The notes beneath the pieces are model-generated. The model was not told where the DNA came from, did no database searches, and saw only the letters and a program-made list of their open reading frames with translations. From Acinetobacter phage nACB2: DNA of 64,000 nt. The translations under genes were made by a program, and so were the position numbers. Shown here piece after piece: positions 28,346 to 37,779 of the stretch (position 1 is its first letter; every line of letters begins with the position of its first letter). Where the stretch lies: the sequence record OQ032512.1, one strand, 5' to 3'.

Positions 28346-29010
28346 CACAAGGTCTATTGTTTTTACGCGAATCAACTGATCAAGTAGAGATTCTCAATGA
28401 GAATACTTCTACTGGTAAAGCGATGTACATTGAGGGACCGTTCATCAGTTGTAATATGAAAAACCGTAATGGACGCGTTTACCCTAAGTCAATGATGGAA
28501 GCAGTCGTAGACCAATACAAAACTGAATACATCAATGAAAGACGCGCTTTCGGGGAATTTTTACACCCTGAATATCCTTTTCCAAACCCTAAGATGGCAG
28601 CTATCCGTATCGACTCTTTAGAGTGGAAAGGCGACACTGTTATCGGTAAGGCGAAGGTGCTTGAGTCTATGGATGAAGGGCGTAAATTAAAAGCCCTAAT
28701 TGACGAAGGTTTCAAGTTGGGTGTTTCTACGCGTGGTATGGGTAAACTTGCTCGTGACAAGTTCACGGTTGAACAATATCGCATGAATGCGGTTGATGCC
28801 GTTGATCTTCCATCTGGTCAACCTTGCTACTTTGATGTTGTAAACGAAAGCGCTATGTGGTATCCATCTAGTTCAGGTGGTTGGGAACAACGCACTCCAG
28901 AAGGTGAAGTGATTAATGAAGCTGAAACAGCTGAACAAGCTGCAGGCTTGGATCATGAAAAATTCTTAGAGCGCTTGAACATGGCTTTACACAATAAAAT
29001 TTACGGCTAA
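28342..29010 (+). CDS. 21: Prohead core protease (gp21)
   Basis: NRNGRVYPKSMM matches T4 gp21 NQNGRIYPVEVL. 222 aa. Confidence 0.8.
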   Translation: MTQGLLFLRESTDQVEILNENTSTGKAMYIEGPFISCNMKNRNGRVYPKSMMEAVVDQYKTEYINERRAFGEFLHPEYPFPNPKMAAIRIDSLEWKGDTVIGKAKVLESMDEGRKLKALIDEGFKLGVSTRGMGKLARDKFTVEQYRMNAVDAVDLPSGQPCYFDVVNESAMWYPSSSGGWEQRTPEGEVINEAETAEQAAGLDHEKFLERLNMALHNKIYG

Positions 29011-29068
29011 AATTTTACAACCTTAGTAGTTGTAACAAGAGCTGAAACTCTTTGAAAAGGAAACAGAA

Positions 29069-29821
29069 ATGTCACAAGTAATTGTTGATCTGTTGGCTGA
29101 AGCAGGTATTGAAGAAGCCTTAGCAGACAAAATTGTTGAAGCGTTTGAAGAAAAGCTGCAGGAAGGCATCTCTACAGGTGTTGAAACGCAACTTGAATCC
29201 GCTAAACAAGAATGGGCTTTGAACCAAGCTGGATTAGTAGAATCCGCTTTGGACACTATCATTGAACAATGGGGTGAGACCAATAAATCTCTTCTCGAAT
29301 CAGCTGCTCAAGCTGAAGTGGTTAATGAAGCGTCAGAAGCCATTCGCAAACTTTTAGGTGTAGATACCGTAGCCTTCAACGAATCTGTTGGCCAATATGC
29401 AGACGGCAAGATTGGTATGTTGAACGGTACTGTTGAAACATTACAAACCCAATTAGATGAAGCTAACACTGAAAAAGAATCATTGTTAGACGAACTAACA
29501 GGTTATCGTCGCGCTGAAATCTTTGCTGAAGCTACAGACGGTCTTTCAGATTTAGCTTGTGACAAAATCACTGAAGCTCTTTCAAAACAGACTTTTGCTG
29601 ACGAAGCTGAATTCGGTGTAATGGTAAAAGCGCTTGCTGAAGCTCATCGCGCCCCTTCTACTGTTGAAAAACAAGTTGATGGTGCCGTTGATAATGCTGG
29701 TACTCAAGATCAGTTCAACGAAGGAACTAAAGCTCCTGCTGCAGCTGACCCCGCAGAACAACAGAAGCCTATTTCACTCGCTGAAGCAACATTGTTGCAA
29801 ATGCAAGGCAAGAAAGTTTGA
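29069..29821 (+). CDS. 22: Prohead scaffold protein (gp22)
   Basis: Acidic, Ala/Glu-rich, alpha-helical. Lies between gp21 and gp23. Confidence 0.7.
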   Translation: MSQVIVDLLAEAGIEEALADKIVEAFEEKLQEGISTGVETQLESAKQEWALNQAGLVESALDTIIEQWGETNKSLLESAAQAEVVNEASEAIRKLLGVDTVAFNESVGQYADGKIGMLNGTVETLQTQLDEANTEKESLLDELTGYRRAEIFAEATDGLSDLACDKITEALSKQTFADEAEFGVMVKALAEAHRAPSTVEKQVDGAVDNAGTQDQFNEGTKAPAAADPAEQQKPISLAEATLLQMQGKKV

Positions 29822-29886
29822 TCTTTTGGTCGAACTTTCCTCAACTAAATAATTCATCAACTCAATGATCTTTAGGAACTATTATC

Positions 29887-31209
29887 ATGGATCAATTTAA
29901 CGAAACAGTAGAAAAGTGGACGCCAATCATCGAAGGTAAAGATGAAGCGAACAGCCAAGCATTTAGCCGTTTGTCTAAAAAAGGCATCATGGCCCAAATT
30001 CTTGAAAACCAAGAAAAATGGTGTAATGCAAACGTTCAAGTATTGAATGAAGCAGCGCCTACTAACACCATCGGTGGCGGTGCAGTAGCAACTTGGGCAC
30101 CTGTATTAGTTCGTATGGCGAAACGTGCTCAACAAGCGCTTATCTCTATGGATTTCTTCGGTACTCAGCCTGCTACTACTCCAGATACACTGATCTTTGC
30201 TCTACGTTCGCGTTACACTTCGCAAACTGGCCCAGAAGCATTATTTGGTAAACCAAATACAGCTCACTCTGGTGCAGGCGCTGAAGTTGGTTCAAGCTCA
30301 GGTTTCACAGAAGCATTCATCACTGGCGCTGGCGCTACCGATACTCCTGCTTCTGGTACTGCAATGACTACTTCCAAAGGTGAATTGTTAGGCTCTGATG
30401 CCGGCAATGCTTGGGGTCGTATGGCAATCAGCATCGAAAAACAAACGGTGTCTGTTGGTACTCGTGGTCTATACGCTGATTACACTAATGAATTGCGTCA
30501 AGATATGCAAGCTGTTCATGGTGAAAACGTAGACGAAATCATTTCAAGCCTTCTTGTTAATGAAATTCTTGCAGAAATGAACCGTGAATTCATTACTCGT
30601 ATGAACGTTTGTGCAAAAATTGGCGCTCAAGCTGGTACTGCTGAAGCTGGTAAATTCAACTTAACAACTGATACTGATGGTCGTTGGTTACTTGAACGCC
30701 TTAAAGCATTGTTGTTCCGCATTGAATTAGAAAACAACGCTGTTGCAATTGACACTCGTCGTGGTCGCGCAAACCGCTTGTTGACTTCTGCAAACGTAGC
30801 TTCTGCTCTTGCTATGGCGGGTATGCTTGACTTCTCTCCTGCAATTGCTGCAAACGGTGAACTTGAAGTAGACCCTACTGGTCAAACTTTCTGTGGCGTG
30901 TTAGCTTCTGGTCAACGTGTCTACATCGACCCATTTGCTGACGTGAACTACTTGACTGTAGCTTACAAAGGTGCAACTGAATTGGATGCTGGTATCTACT
31001 ACGTGCCATATACTCCGCTTGAAATGCATCGTGCTCAAGACCCTGATTCTATGCAACCGCGTATGGCATTTAAAACGCGCTACGCCGTTACAGGAAATCC
31101 ATATTATGCCAAGAACGCTGATGGTACCGACACCGTTGGTAAAGGTCTTGGCGCTGAAAGCAACGGCTACTACCGTAAACTGTTGGTGCAGGGCTTAGAG
31201 GTGGCTTAA
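29887..31209 (+). CDS. 23: Major capsid protein (gp23)
   Basis: DAGIYYVPYTPL matches T4 gp23 DAGIYYAPYVALTPL. The N-terminal prohead cleavage region (QILENQEK) is conserved. Confidence 0.85.
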   Translation: MDQFNETVEKWTPIIEGKDEANSQAFSRLSKKGIMAQILENQEKWCNANVQVLNEAAPTNTIGGGAVATWAPVLVRMAKRAQQALISMDFFGTQPATTPDTLIFALRSRYTSQTGPEALFGKPNTAHSGAGAEVGSSSGFTEAFITGAGATDTPASGTAMTTSKGELLGSDAGNAWGRMAISIEKQTVSVGTRGLYADYTNELRQDMQAVHGENVDEIISSLLVNEILAEMNREFITRMNVCAKIGAQAGTAEAGKFNLTTDTDGRWLLERLKALLFRIELENNAVAIDTRRGRANRLLTSANVASALAMAGMLDFSPAIAANGELEVDPTGQTFCGVLASGQRVYIDPFADVNYLTVAYKGATELDAGIYYVPYTPLEMHRAQDPDSMQPRMAFKTRYAVTGNPYYAKNADGTDTVGKGLGAESNGYYRKLLVQGLEVA

Positions 31210-31231
31210 ACAGCATCTTTGACTCATTGAA

Positions 31232-31264
31232 AGAAAAAGCCCCTGTTTAGGGGCTTTTTCTTTA
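31232..31264. terminator. Bidirectional terminator aaaagcccctgtttaggggctttttc
   Basis: Perfect hairpin with A/T runs on both sides. Near-identical copy at 32383..32413. Confidence 0.7.
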
Positions 31265-31269
31265 GTATT

Positions 31270-32361
31270 CTAATTCATTTCTAACATATCTAGGACTGCG
31301 TCCAACTTATCTCTGAATACAATCTTTCTAGCAGCTTCAACATCTTGACCAGACCTCCAATTCATGTATTCAACATCACCTATAGGGTTGAACGGTTTAC
31401 CTGTTGCTCCATGAGGGTCGCGCATAGCATTACATATTGCTGAAAATAGTTTATACTCTTCGTCAACGTCAAATAAGAATGTGCATAATCGCTTGGCGCC
31501 ATATCCTTTATCATACAGCATACGCATTTCAAGTGAGCAGACCTGTAGAGCCTTCTTATATTCTAGACGCCATCCTTCAGTCTTGTAGTAGCATCTATTT
31601 GAAAGATAGAATGGGAGCCAGACTTTTTCTCGAACTTCTTTACGTTGTATACGTTCGGTGGCTCTTATTGAATCTTGGACTTTGAATTCAGGTTTGTTTC
31701 TAGTATTCTTTTGGCGTTCTATCCATAAGCGTCTGGCTTCTGGATCATTCTGAAGTTTTATTCTAGCGTTCTCTAGACATTTATCGTAACATCCTTTAGC
31801 CGCAAAATTTTTAGATCGCACAGAAGTCGCTGCCCTTCTTTCATCTGTCCAACTGCGATTAATGCCCTCCATCGCATTCTTGCGATACGTTTCGTCTTTC
31901 CATAATTCAGTAGTATGCTTTTGAAACATATCTCTGTATTCAGGTTGCGACAATAATTCACTCTGTCTCTGACGTTGTTCTTCAGAAGGTACAAATCCGC
32001 TCATACCCTCTCCACCATCAGTTAGATTAGTTAAACAACCTGTACCCAAATCCCTTCTTCCGTATCTGGCAATATACTCTATTTCAGCAGCATGAGCTTC
32101 GGCTTCTGTGAGATTGTCCAGAATGATTTCGGAGACGACTTCTAAACCTTCTCTTTGCGCTTTCTTTATGGTATTAATTTTATGCTTGTTACCTTTGTTG
32201 GTTTCGATCATATACCCAACAAAATGCTCTTTATGGCGTTCCTCTTTACCCTTTCCAATATAGAATGGTAAATCGATACCCATTATCTTCAACTGATAAA
32301 CATAAAACACGTTTGACTCCGATATTAAATCTACGTTAATAATAGTTGAAACCCCAATCAA
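31270..32361 (-). CDS. GIY-YIG homing endonuclease (Seg/I-TevI-like)
   Basis: VYQL...GIDLPFYIGKG...HKEHF...AEIEYIARYG...LTNLTDGG. Free-standing between gp23 and the - strand block. Confidence 0.75.
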   Translation of the reverse strand: MIGVSTIINVDLISESNVFYVYQLKIMGIDLPFYIGKGKEERHKEHFVGYMIETNKGNKHKINTIKKAQREGLEVVSEIILDNLTEAEAHAAEIEYIARYGRRDLGTGCLTNLTDGGEGMSGFVPSEEQRQRQSELLSQPEYRDMFQKHTTELWKDETYRKNAMEGINRSWTDERRAATSVRSKNFAAKGCYDKCLENARIKLQNDPEARRLWIERQKNTRNKPEFKVQDSIRATERIQRKEVREKVWLPFYLSNRCYYKTEGWRLEYKKALQVCSLEMRMLYDKGYGAKRLCTFLFDVDEEYKLFSAICNAMRDPHGATGKPFNPIGDVEYMNWRSGQDVEAARKIVFRDKLDAVLDMLEMN

Positions 32362-32382
32362 TGGATAAAAATCAAGTCAAAA

Positions 32383-32413
32383 AGAAAAAGCCCCTGAATA
32401 GGGGCTTTTCTTT
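32383..32413. terminator. Bidirectional terminator aaaagcccctgaataggggcttttc
   Basis: Near-identical to 31232..31264. Flanks the GIY-YIG gene. Confidence 0.7.
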
Positions 32414-32421
32414 GTCCGAGT

Positions 32422-32808
32422 TTATACCAAGTTGATGAAATGTTCTTTACATACTTCTTTGACGATTGTGTCAAAGTCATCTTCAAAGTCACAGACGTCA
32501 TCCAATGAGTCTACTGTAGTTGTTGAAACGTAGCCGTTGACCTTTGTAACTTTGAACGTAGATACATTTTCTCGGGTTACGGCTAAGGTGACTACGCCTT
32601 GACTAGAAATAGATGTAAATGAGATTGAGTTAGGGTCAACTACAATAGCAACATCTTCAGAATAATCATAGCTGTTGACGATTGAAGAAATAGCGGAAGC
32701 GAGTTTGTCTGAAAAAGTGATGTTGCGAATGCTCTGACCAGCTCTGACTGATACATCTTGATCTAGGGTGTATCTTGAACCTGATACAAAAAATTTAACT
32801 GTAGACAT
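32422..32808 (-). CDS. Hypothetical beta-rich 128-aa protein
   Basis: ORF flanked by terminators. Confidence 0.45.
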   Translation of the reverse strand: MSTVKFFVSGSRYTLDQDVSVRAGQSIRNITFSDKLASAISSIVNSYDYSEDVAIVVDPNSISFTSISSQGVVTLAVTRENVSTFKVTKVNGYVSTTTVDSLDDVCDFEDDFDTIVKEVCKEHFINLV

Positions 32809-32902
32809 TTGAGTTCTCCGCTGAGAGGTAATATAAGTTTGTGTCCATGAGAGATAGTATAATGGTTTCCATTAAGGAAGTAAAGGACTATTTCCGAAAT
32901 AT

Positions 32903-33229
32903 TCAAATAATATTTTCTCGAATGAACAATCTTGCGAAATTATGTTTCTGGAGATGTTTGGTTAAATCTGTTAGGAATGTAAATTTTATTAGACTTTCCT
33001 CTGTCTTGAAACCATTAGCGCACCATATCTTGAGTTCATACGCATCACCCTTTCTTAGAGATATGATGTATTGTTTCTCGCTCTTAGTGTAACTAACCAT
33101 TACAAAGTTACCATGCACTTCAGCTTGGCATTCTTCAATGTTCTCCACTTCAAATGAGTCTGTCATCAATTTGCTTATTTTGACCTGTACCGTATTTTCA
33201 AGATCAATATTCATAAAACTTCTACCCAT
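32903..33229 (-). CDS. Hypothetical protein
   Basis: Protein-like composition. Preferred over the overlapping + ORF 32841..33092. Confidence 0.4.
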   Translation of the reverse strand: MGRSFMNIDLENTVQVKISKLMTDSFEVENIEECQAEVHGNFVMVSYTKSEKQYIISLRKGDAYELKIWCANGFKTEESLIKFTFLTDLTKHLQKHNFARLFIRENII

Positions 33230-33495
33230 TCGTTATTGAATTTCTTTTGTATTTTACAAATGTATTTCGTATCTAACATAGATGGCGTTGAATCATAAAG
33301 AAATAATGTGTTTGAAGTACAACGATATGCTTGATTATCCACATAAAAAAAATGGTATCTGGATGAGTTTAACGGTTTGTGGATATCCCCTTCTAAAATC
33401 AGAACATCATTTTTGTATACTTCAAACTTCATATTGTCTTGTTTAGTGCACCCTAGTAGAGAACAAACCAAAACAACTAAAAATAGATATTTCAT
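33211..33495 (-). CDS. Lipoprotein (signal MKYLFLVVLVCSLLGC)
   Basis: Lipobox LLGC. Start reset to the ATG preceded by GCGGAGAA; the track's MRRTLM is the SD region translated. Confidence 0.5.
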   Translation of the reverse strand: MKYLFLVVLVCSLLGCTKQDNMKFEVYKNDVLILEGDIHKPLNSSRYHFFYVDNQAYRCTSNTLFLYDSTPSMLDTKYICKIQKKFNNEWVEVL

Positions 33496-33968
33496 TAAAG
33501 TTCTCCGCATGACGCTTCAATTATTCTATCGATCACTTGACGACGGCGCGAATTAAACGGCGTAATTGTTTTTTGAAATGACTCCAAGATTACTTTTACA
33601 TCCTTATTGTTGAGGCTCTCTATGAAATCTTTGTCCAAAAACATTTCGCATCTTGCCCAAGTTCCTTCTTCACCTTCAACGTAATACTTTGGATTTGAAA
33701 GATTGCGGGAAAGTAATCTGGCTTCACCTTCCGCCAATTCTAAAACAATGTACCCATCCTGAATGAATGTAATTATCTCATGAGAGGTGTAGAACTCGTT
33801 GTATGTTACGTCACACTGAAAAGCTACGCATGCTTGTTTTCCGTTTAGAACGTCTCTCAATTCCATAGAATCGTCTGTGTTAAGACGAGCTATGCCAATT
33901 TTACAATTCAATGAATCATCTAGTGTCATTAAGACGCCATCAAGGCTTGTTCTAGGTATTCCGTACAT
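33495..33968 (-). CDS. Hypothetical protein
   Basis: ORF only. Confidence 0.4.
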   Translation of the reverse strand: MYGIPRTSLDGVLMTLDDSLNCKIGIARLNTDDSMELRDVLNGKQACVAFQCDVTYNEFYTSHEIITFIQDGYIVLELAEGEARLLSRNLSNPKYYVEGEEGTWARCEMFLDKDFIESLNNKDVKVILESFQKTITPFNSRRRQVIDRIIEASCGEL

Positions 33969-33980
33969 ATTCTTTATTTC

Positions 33981-34322
33981 CTACAATTTGTACTGTTTGA
34001 TCTGCTCATCAATAATATGACGCATTTCTGGATAATATTTCAGGGTATATTCTTTATATGATATACGACTTCCGTCTTCATCAATTAATTCAATTTCTGA
34101 TAGATTTCTAGCATATCCCATATCACCTCGAATATACAACGCATCACGGCTTCCTGTCTCTATGAAACGTATGTAACCATCAACGGAACTGTTTCCAGTA
34201 TAAAATTCAACCCCTAGTAAGTGCATAAACATGCGCACATATTCTGAAGTTGTTATTTCATCGTATTGAAACTTTAAACGATGAGTTCGATTGAAACCAA
34301 CGTTGGGTATTTCAAATGTCAT
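33981..34322 (-). CDS. Hypothetical protein
   Basis: ORF only. Confidence 0.4.
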   Translation of the reverse strand: MTFEIPNVGFNRTHRLKFQYDEITTSEYVRMFMHLLGVEFYTGNSSVDGYIRFIETGSRDALYIRGDMGYARNLSEIELIDEDGSRISYKEYTLKYYPEMRHIIDEQIKQYKL

Positions 34323-34355
34323 ATCTTTAAACCTATATTCATGAAGTAAAAAACG

Positions 34356-34862
34356 TTAAAATACAAAAATCGAGTCTGTATTTTCCAATTGTCTAGTGGT
34401 GTAATTTTTACCTTCCAGACGGTAGTGTGGGAACATACTATGAAGGCACTCTCGAATATGTTTCATCCTTTGAGTCATTGACAAATGAAAGGTTTGATCA
34501 GCCAACCCTAAGTCATCAAGATTCACTATACCAAATAAAGATAACATGCTAGATGGTATATTCTTAGGACAGACTCTGACTTCAAAATCTAATTCGTACT
34601 CAGGAATCATAGAATGAGACGGATACTCTGGATCCCATTCGAGCGCGTCGTTATCAGGATGAATATCAACCTCTAGAACGGCTATAGATTTATAATCAAA
34701 TATTTCTGGATAAGTTCCGGAAGCCAAAAGTTCAACCCAGTCAGAAGACAGATAAACGCCTAGTGGATCATGTTGGTCAGACGTTTGTGTTGGTGGTTTA
34801 GCGAGTAGACCGAACTGATGTATTGAGTCTAGATTCTCTAAAGGTGTTAAATGATATAGCAT
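34356..34862 (-). CDS. Minimal ADP-ribosyltransferase-like protein (H-Y-E class motifs, Tpt1/KptA- or DarT-like)
   Basis: N-terminus MLYHLTPLENLDSI..GLL and GVYLS resemble the HG[ST] and VHLS NAD-binding motifs of Tpt1 and DarT. Start at the ATG after GCGGAGAA. Confidence 0.3.
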   Translation of the reverse strand: MLYHLTPLENLDSIHQFGLLAKPPTQTSDQHDPLGVYLSSDWVELLASGTYPEIFDYKSIAVLEVDIHPDNDALEWDPEYPSHSMIPEYELDFEVRVCPKNIPSSMLSLFGIVNLDDLGLADQTFHLSMTQRMKHIRECLHSMFPHYRLEGKNYTTRQLENTDSIFVF

Positions 34863-35692
34863 CAGCGTTCTCCGCACACCTTGTTTTCAATCATGACTAC
34901 ACTATCTCTTAACAGTTTGAATGACTGTAGGTTTAATTCATTCTGGTCTATCTTCGATAGTATAGGTCTTAGAATTGAATTGTTGTAAGATTGAAGTGAA
35001 GGGCTTTTCTTTATCAACGTTGAAGCTGTGTGGATCATCAACTCCAAGTCTTTTTTACCACTCAGAATGCAATCGTCCACGTTAAAAATATCCATTATGG
35101 TTTCATTCGTCTTGTAATAGCTCTGAGCTGGTTTGGTGCCTTTGAACTCAACATACAGAGCTAAAAAGTATAACGCAAACGCAACAATATAATAATACCA
35201 TTCCAAGTTGAAAAATAACATCATTATTGCTAAAACTACAAAGAGTATGAATGTTGCATGAATATATTCAACCAAATTTAATTTATATTCATTTCTGAAT
35301 CCTTGATGGTTGAGAATTATCATTCTGGGATTTTCGAAAGAAAACACAGCTCCCCAACTAGGCTCATATTCAACAAAATCGAACAACATATTTCTTATGT
35401 CTAAGAAGTCTTGTACACTTCTAGCATTTTCAATATATTCTCTAAAGGTTCTTGAAGAGATGTATTGTTGAATTTCTAAACGTCTATTGATCATCTCATT
35501 GAATGGTTCTTGATCCCAGTCTAGACCATCAAGTAAAGATATTCTAACCATGGACACATTTAGATCATTTATTAAATTTGTGGCTCTAGACATATCATTG
35601 TATATAATATCCGATAGACGAGAAAGAATGTCGATTTTAGTTTGTAAAACATTCTCTTCGGACAGCATTTTAACAACTATTGGATTTATCAT
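34862..35692 (-). CDS. Membrane protein (two central TM helices)
   Basis: FILFVVLAIMMLFFNLEWYYYIVAFALYFLALY. Confidence 0.45.
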   Translation of the reverse strand: MINPIVVKMLSEENVLQTKIDILSRLSDIIYNDMSRATNLINDLNVSMVRISLLDGLDWDQEPFNEMINRRLEIQQYISSRTFREYIENARSVQDFLDIRNMLFDFVEYEPSWGAVFSFENPRMIILNHQGFRNEYKLNLVEYIHATFILFVVLAIMMLFFNLEWYYYIVAFALYFLALYVEFKGTKPAQSYYKTNETIMDIFNVDDCILSGKKDLELMIHTASTLIKKSPSLQSYNNSILRPILSKIDQNELNLQSFKLLRDSVVMIENKVCGER

Positions 35693-36108
35693 CTTTTTAT
35701 AATGCTCGCAGTATTGAGTGGAAACGATTCTGGGTCTAGAGGATCTTTCAACCGTCTAGGATTCAACTCAATCCATTCATAGCCTATTTCATCTTTGCGG
35801 AACCATTCTTGGTTTGGAAGTTTACTAGGCATCTTTGTATGGAAACGCATGGTTCCGCTTCTGCCTACGCTGAAGTATCTGAAACGTCTTGACGGCGCGT
35901 AATCCCATACGTTCGCGTATACTGGTAAAGGCTCCTCATACATCTCTAACAGAGACATAAACACAATGTTACTTGTGTCTGTTATATGCTTTTCATCGGC
36001 GCCAATCCAATTACTTCCATCGTACGTAGCCCATAGAACCATGGAATTGTTCAAAAACAAAGCATATGTTCCATATTCTGGACTTTCATCAAATGGGTTT
36101 AACAACAT
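35689..36108 (-). CDS. Hypothetical protein
   Basis: ORF only. Confidence 0.4.
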   Translation of the reverse strand: MLLNPFDESPEYGTYALFLNNSMVLWATYDGSNWIGADEKHITDTSNIVFMSLLEMYEEPLPVYANVWDYAPSRRFRYFSVGRSGTMRFHTKMPSKLPNQEWFRKDEIGYEWIELNPRRLKDPLDPESFPLNTASIIKR

Positions 36109-36183
36109 GAGACTGCTCTCGTTATTATATCAATGACCTATTATAATAGCAAACGAAATATTTTTAAAAAATCAAATGAATCA

Positions 36184-36213
36184 CTTTACTTCACCCAAGA
36201 AATTGATTATAAT
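36184..36213 (+). promoter_or_regulatory. Early promoter CTTTAC-N18-TATAAT; leader then forms hairpin CAGGTTTGAA-t-TTCAAACCTG
   Basis: ctttac 36184-36189, tataat 36208-36213. Hairpin at 36221-36241. Confidence 0.55.
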
Positions 36214-36268
36214 AGATATCAGGTTTGAATTTCAAACCTGTTTAATAACACTCAATGGAGTAGTCAAT

Positions 36269-36646
36269 ATGACAACTAATTTCACAATCTTGGTAGAATC
36301 TGATTTTCATAAACTAGACAGTAAAACAATTGGCGACATTCTGCGCGGAGAGATTGTACAAGTGATGAAAGAATGTACTGATGATCTAGAAGCCAATTAC
36401 CGCTTTTCAGACGTTGTATTCACTCAGGTATCTAAAACTCATCGCATGATCACTTCTTCAGTCTCAAACAAAGGTACTTTCAAAACAGTATCTGTTAATA
36501 TTGATGAAGAAAATGACATCTATGTCATGTCTGTGTTAGCTGACCGTGAACGTTATGACCGTCGTTTCGGCGATCTAGCTTCTCTTGTAGGCAATCTAGG
36601 CGCTGAAGATGCAAGAATAATCGCTGTATTGAATAAAGCGTTCTAA
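36269..36646 (+). CDS. Lone + strand early protein, 125 aa
   Basis: ATG preceded by the leader AATAACACTCAATGGAGTAGTCAAT. Convergent with the 36693..37700 gene. Confidence 0.5.
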   Translation: MTTNFTILVESDFHKLDSKTIGDILRGEIVQVMKECTDDLEANYRFSDVVFTQVSKTHRMITSSVSNKGTFKTVSVNIDEENDIYVMSVLADRERYDRRFGDLASLVGNLGAEDARIIAVLNKAF

Positions 36647-36663
36647 TTTTCTTGTAATAAAGG

Positions 36664-36694
36664 AAAAGCCCCAATAGGGGCTTTTCTTTTGTCT
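36664..36694. terminator. Bidirectional terminator aaaagccccaataggggcttttc
   Basis: Member of the aaaagcccc/ggggctttt hairpin family. Confidence 0.65.
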
Positions 36695-37700
36695 AGAAAG
36701 GAAGTTTGTTATCCTTCACTAGCTTGCTATAACCGCCGTCATCAAATACGCTGAGGTTGGTATTGCCATCGAAATTGCTACGCTTCATGGACGAGATGTT
36801 TATGATGTTATTCAAAGCATAAAATTGTTGGTCTACTGAGCAATGCGCGAGGTCATTAACCTTAGCCATCATGATAGCTTGGAAGGATTCTGGTAGCCGT
36901 TCCAATACCTTATAAGAAATATCTATAGTGGAGAAGCGTTGGTACGTGTATTCATTGAACTTATGTTCTCGCAGAGCAGTGAACATAGGTCTAGAAGCGC
37001 GTTTGTCGCCTTTTCTTAAATCCAACATATCTGGTTTGAACAGATGTGATCTTTCCATCCAAATAAATGCATCTCGAAAATCTTCAAATGCGTAACCTCT
37101 ATACGGAGAATGATTCAATTCTAAGATGTCTAAAACCGCGAACCAGTCTGTAGTTATCAATACTAGATGCTCCACACCTGCGGTAACAGTCTTATAGTAT
37201 AGTCCTGTATTTTTGAGAACCATCTTGAAGTTTCTTAACCATATCTGTAATAACTGAGAAAGGTCGCCATACGAATAATAATGTGCGCTGAAAGATAAGC
37301 AGTTACTAGGAACAAACTGAACATCTACATGACACCACTTACCCTCGGTTGATTTCAACCGTAGCTGAGAACTACCTTCCGTTTGTATCAAGTAACGTTC
37401 TGACGGCTCTACTGTACTGTTGTGTTTAGCGAATACTCCCATATCAACCCAAGGATGATCAGGTTGCTCGTTACGATAGGCTATCATAGCCAATTCATTG
37501 ACTGCACAACGGTTTTGAACAGTATCAGAAAGAAATACGTCAAGGTCTCCGTGATCTTCTTTAGATTTAAAGAACTCAGGAAAATGAGGCTTTGATATAT
37601 TAAAGTCATTACTTGTTGAAAGAGTAGTTAAAAGACGCTTTAAGTTTTCCAACGTCTCTGTACTCATACGTTCTGTTTGTTTAAAAGCATTTCCGCTCAT
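36693..37700 (-). CDS. Hypothetical 335-aa protein, possible Pol-beta-type nucleotidyltransferase fold
   Basis: HGDLDVFLS then HVDVQFV would fit a G...DxD...hDh pattern. Weak. Confidence 0.25.
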   Translation of the reverse strand: MSGNAFKQTERMSTETLENLKRLLTTLSTSNDFNISKPHFPEFFKSKEDHGDLDVFLSDTVQNRCAVNELAMIAYRNEQPDHPWVDMGVFAKHNSTVEPSERYLIQTEGSSQLRLKSTEGKWCHVDVQFVPSNCLSFSAHYYSYGDLSQLLQIWLRNFKMVLKNTGLYYKTVTAGVEHLVLITTDWFAVLDILELNHSPYRGYAFEDFRDAFIWMERSHLFKPDMLDLRKGDKRASRPMFTALREHKFNEYTYQRFSTIDISYKVLERLPESFQAIMMAKVNDLAHCSVDQQFYALNNIINISSMKRSNFDGNTNLSVFDDGGYSKLVKDNKLPF

Positions 37701-37779
37701 AACTGTAATCCCATCATTGGTTTTATCATAGATGAGTCTATTATAAGTGAGGATTCCAATTAAAATAATAAATCAAATC

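Noticed and set aside
33493-34877. Shared MRRTLM N-terminus of ORFs 33211..33510 and 34356..34877 as evidence of paralogy
   Set aside because: It is the translation of a shared Shine-Dalgarno context TGCGGAGAAC-N4-ATG. True starts are the downstream ATGs; the proteins are unrelated.
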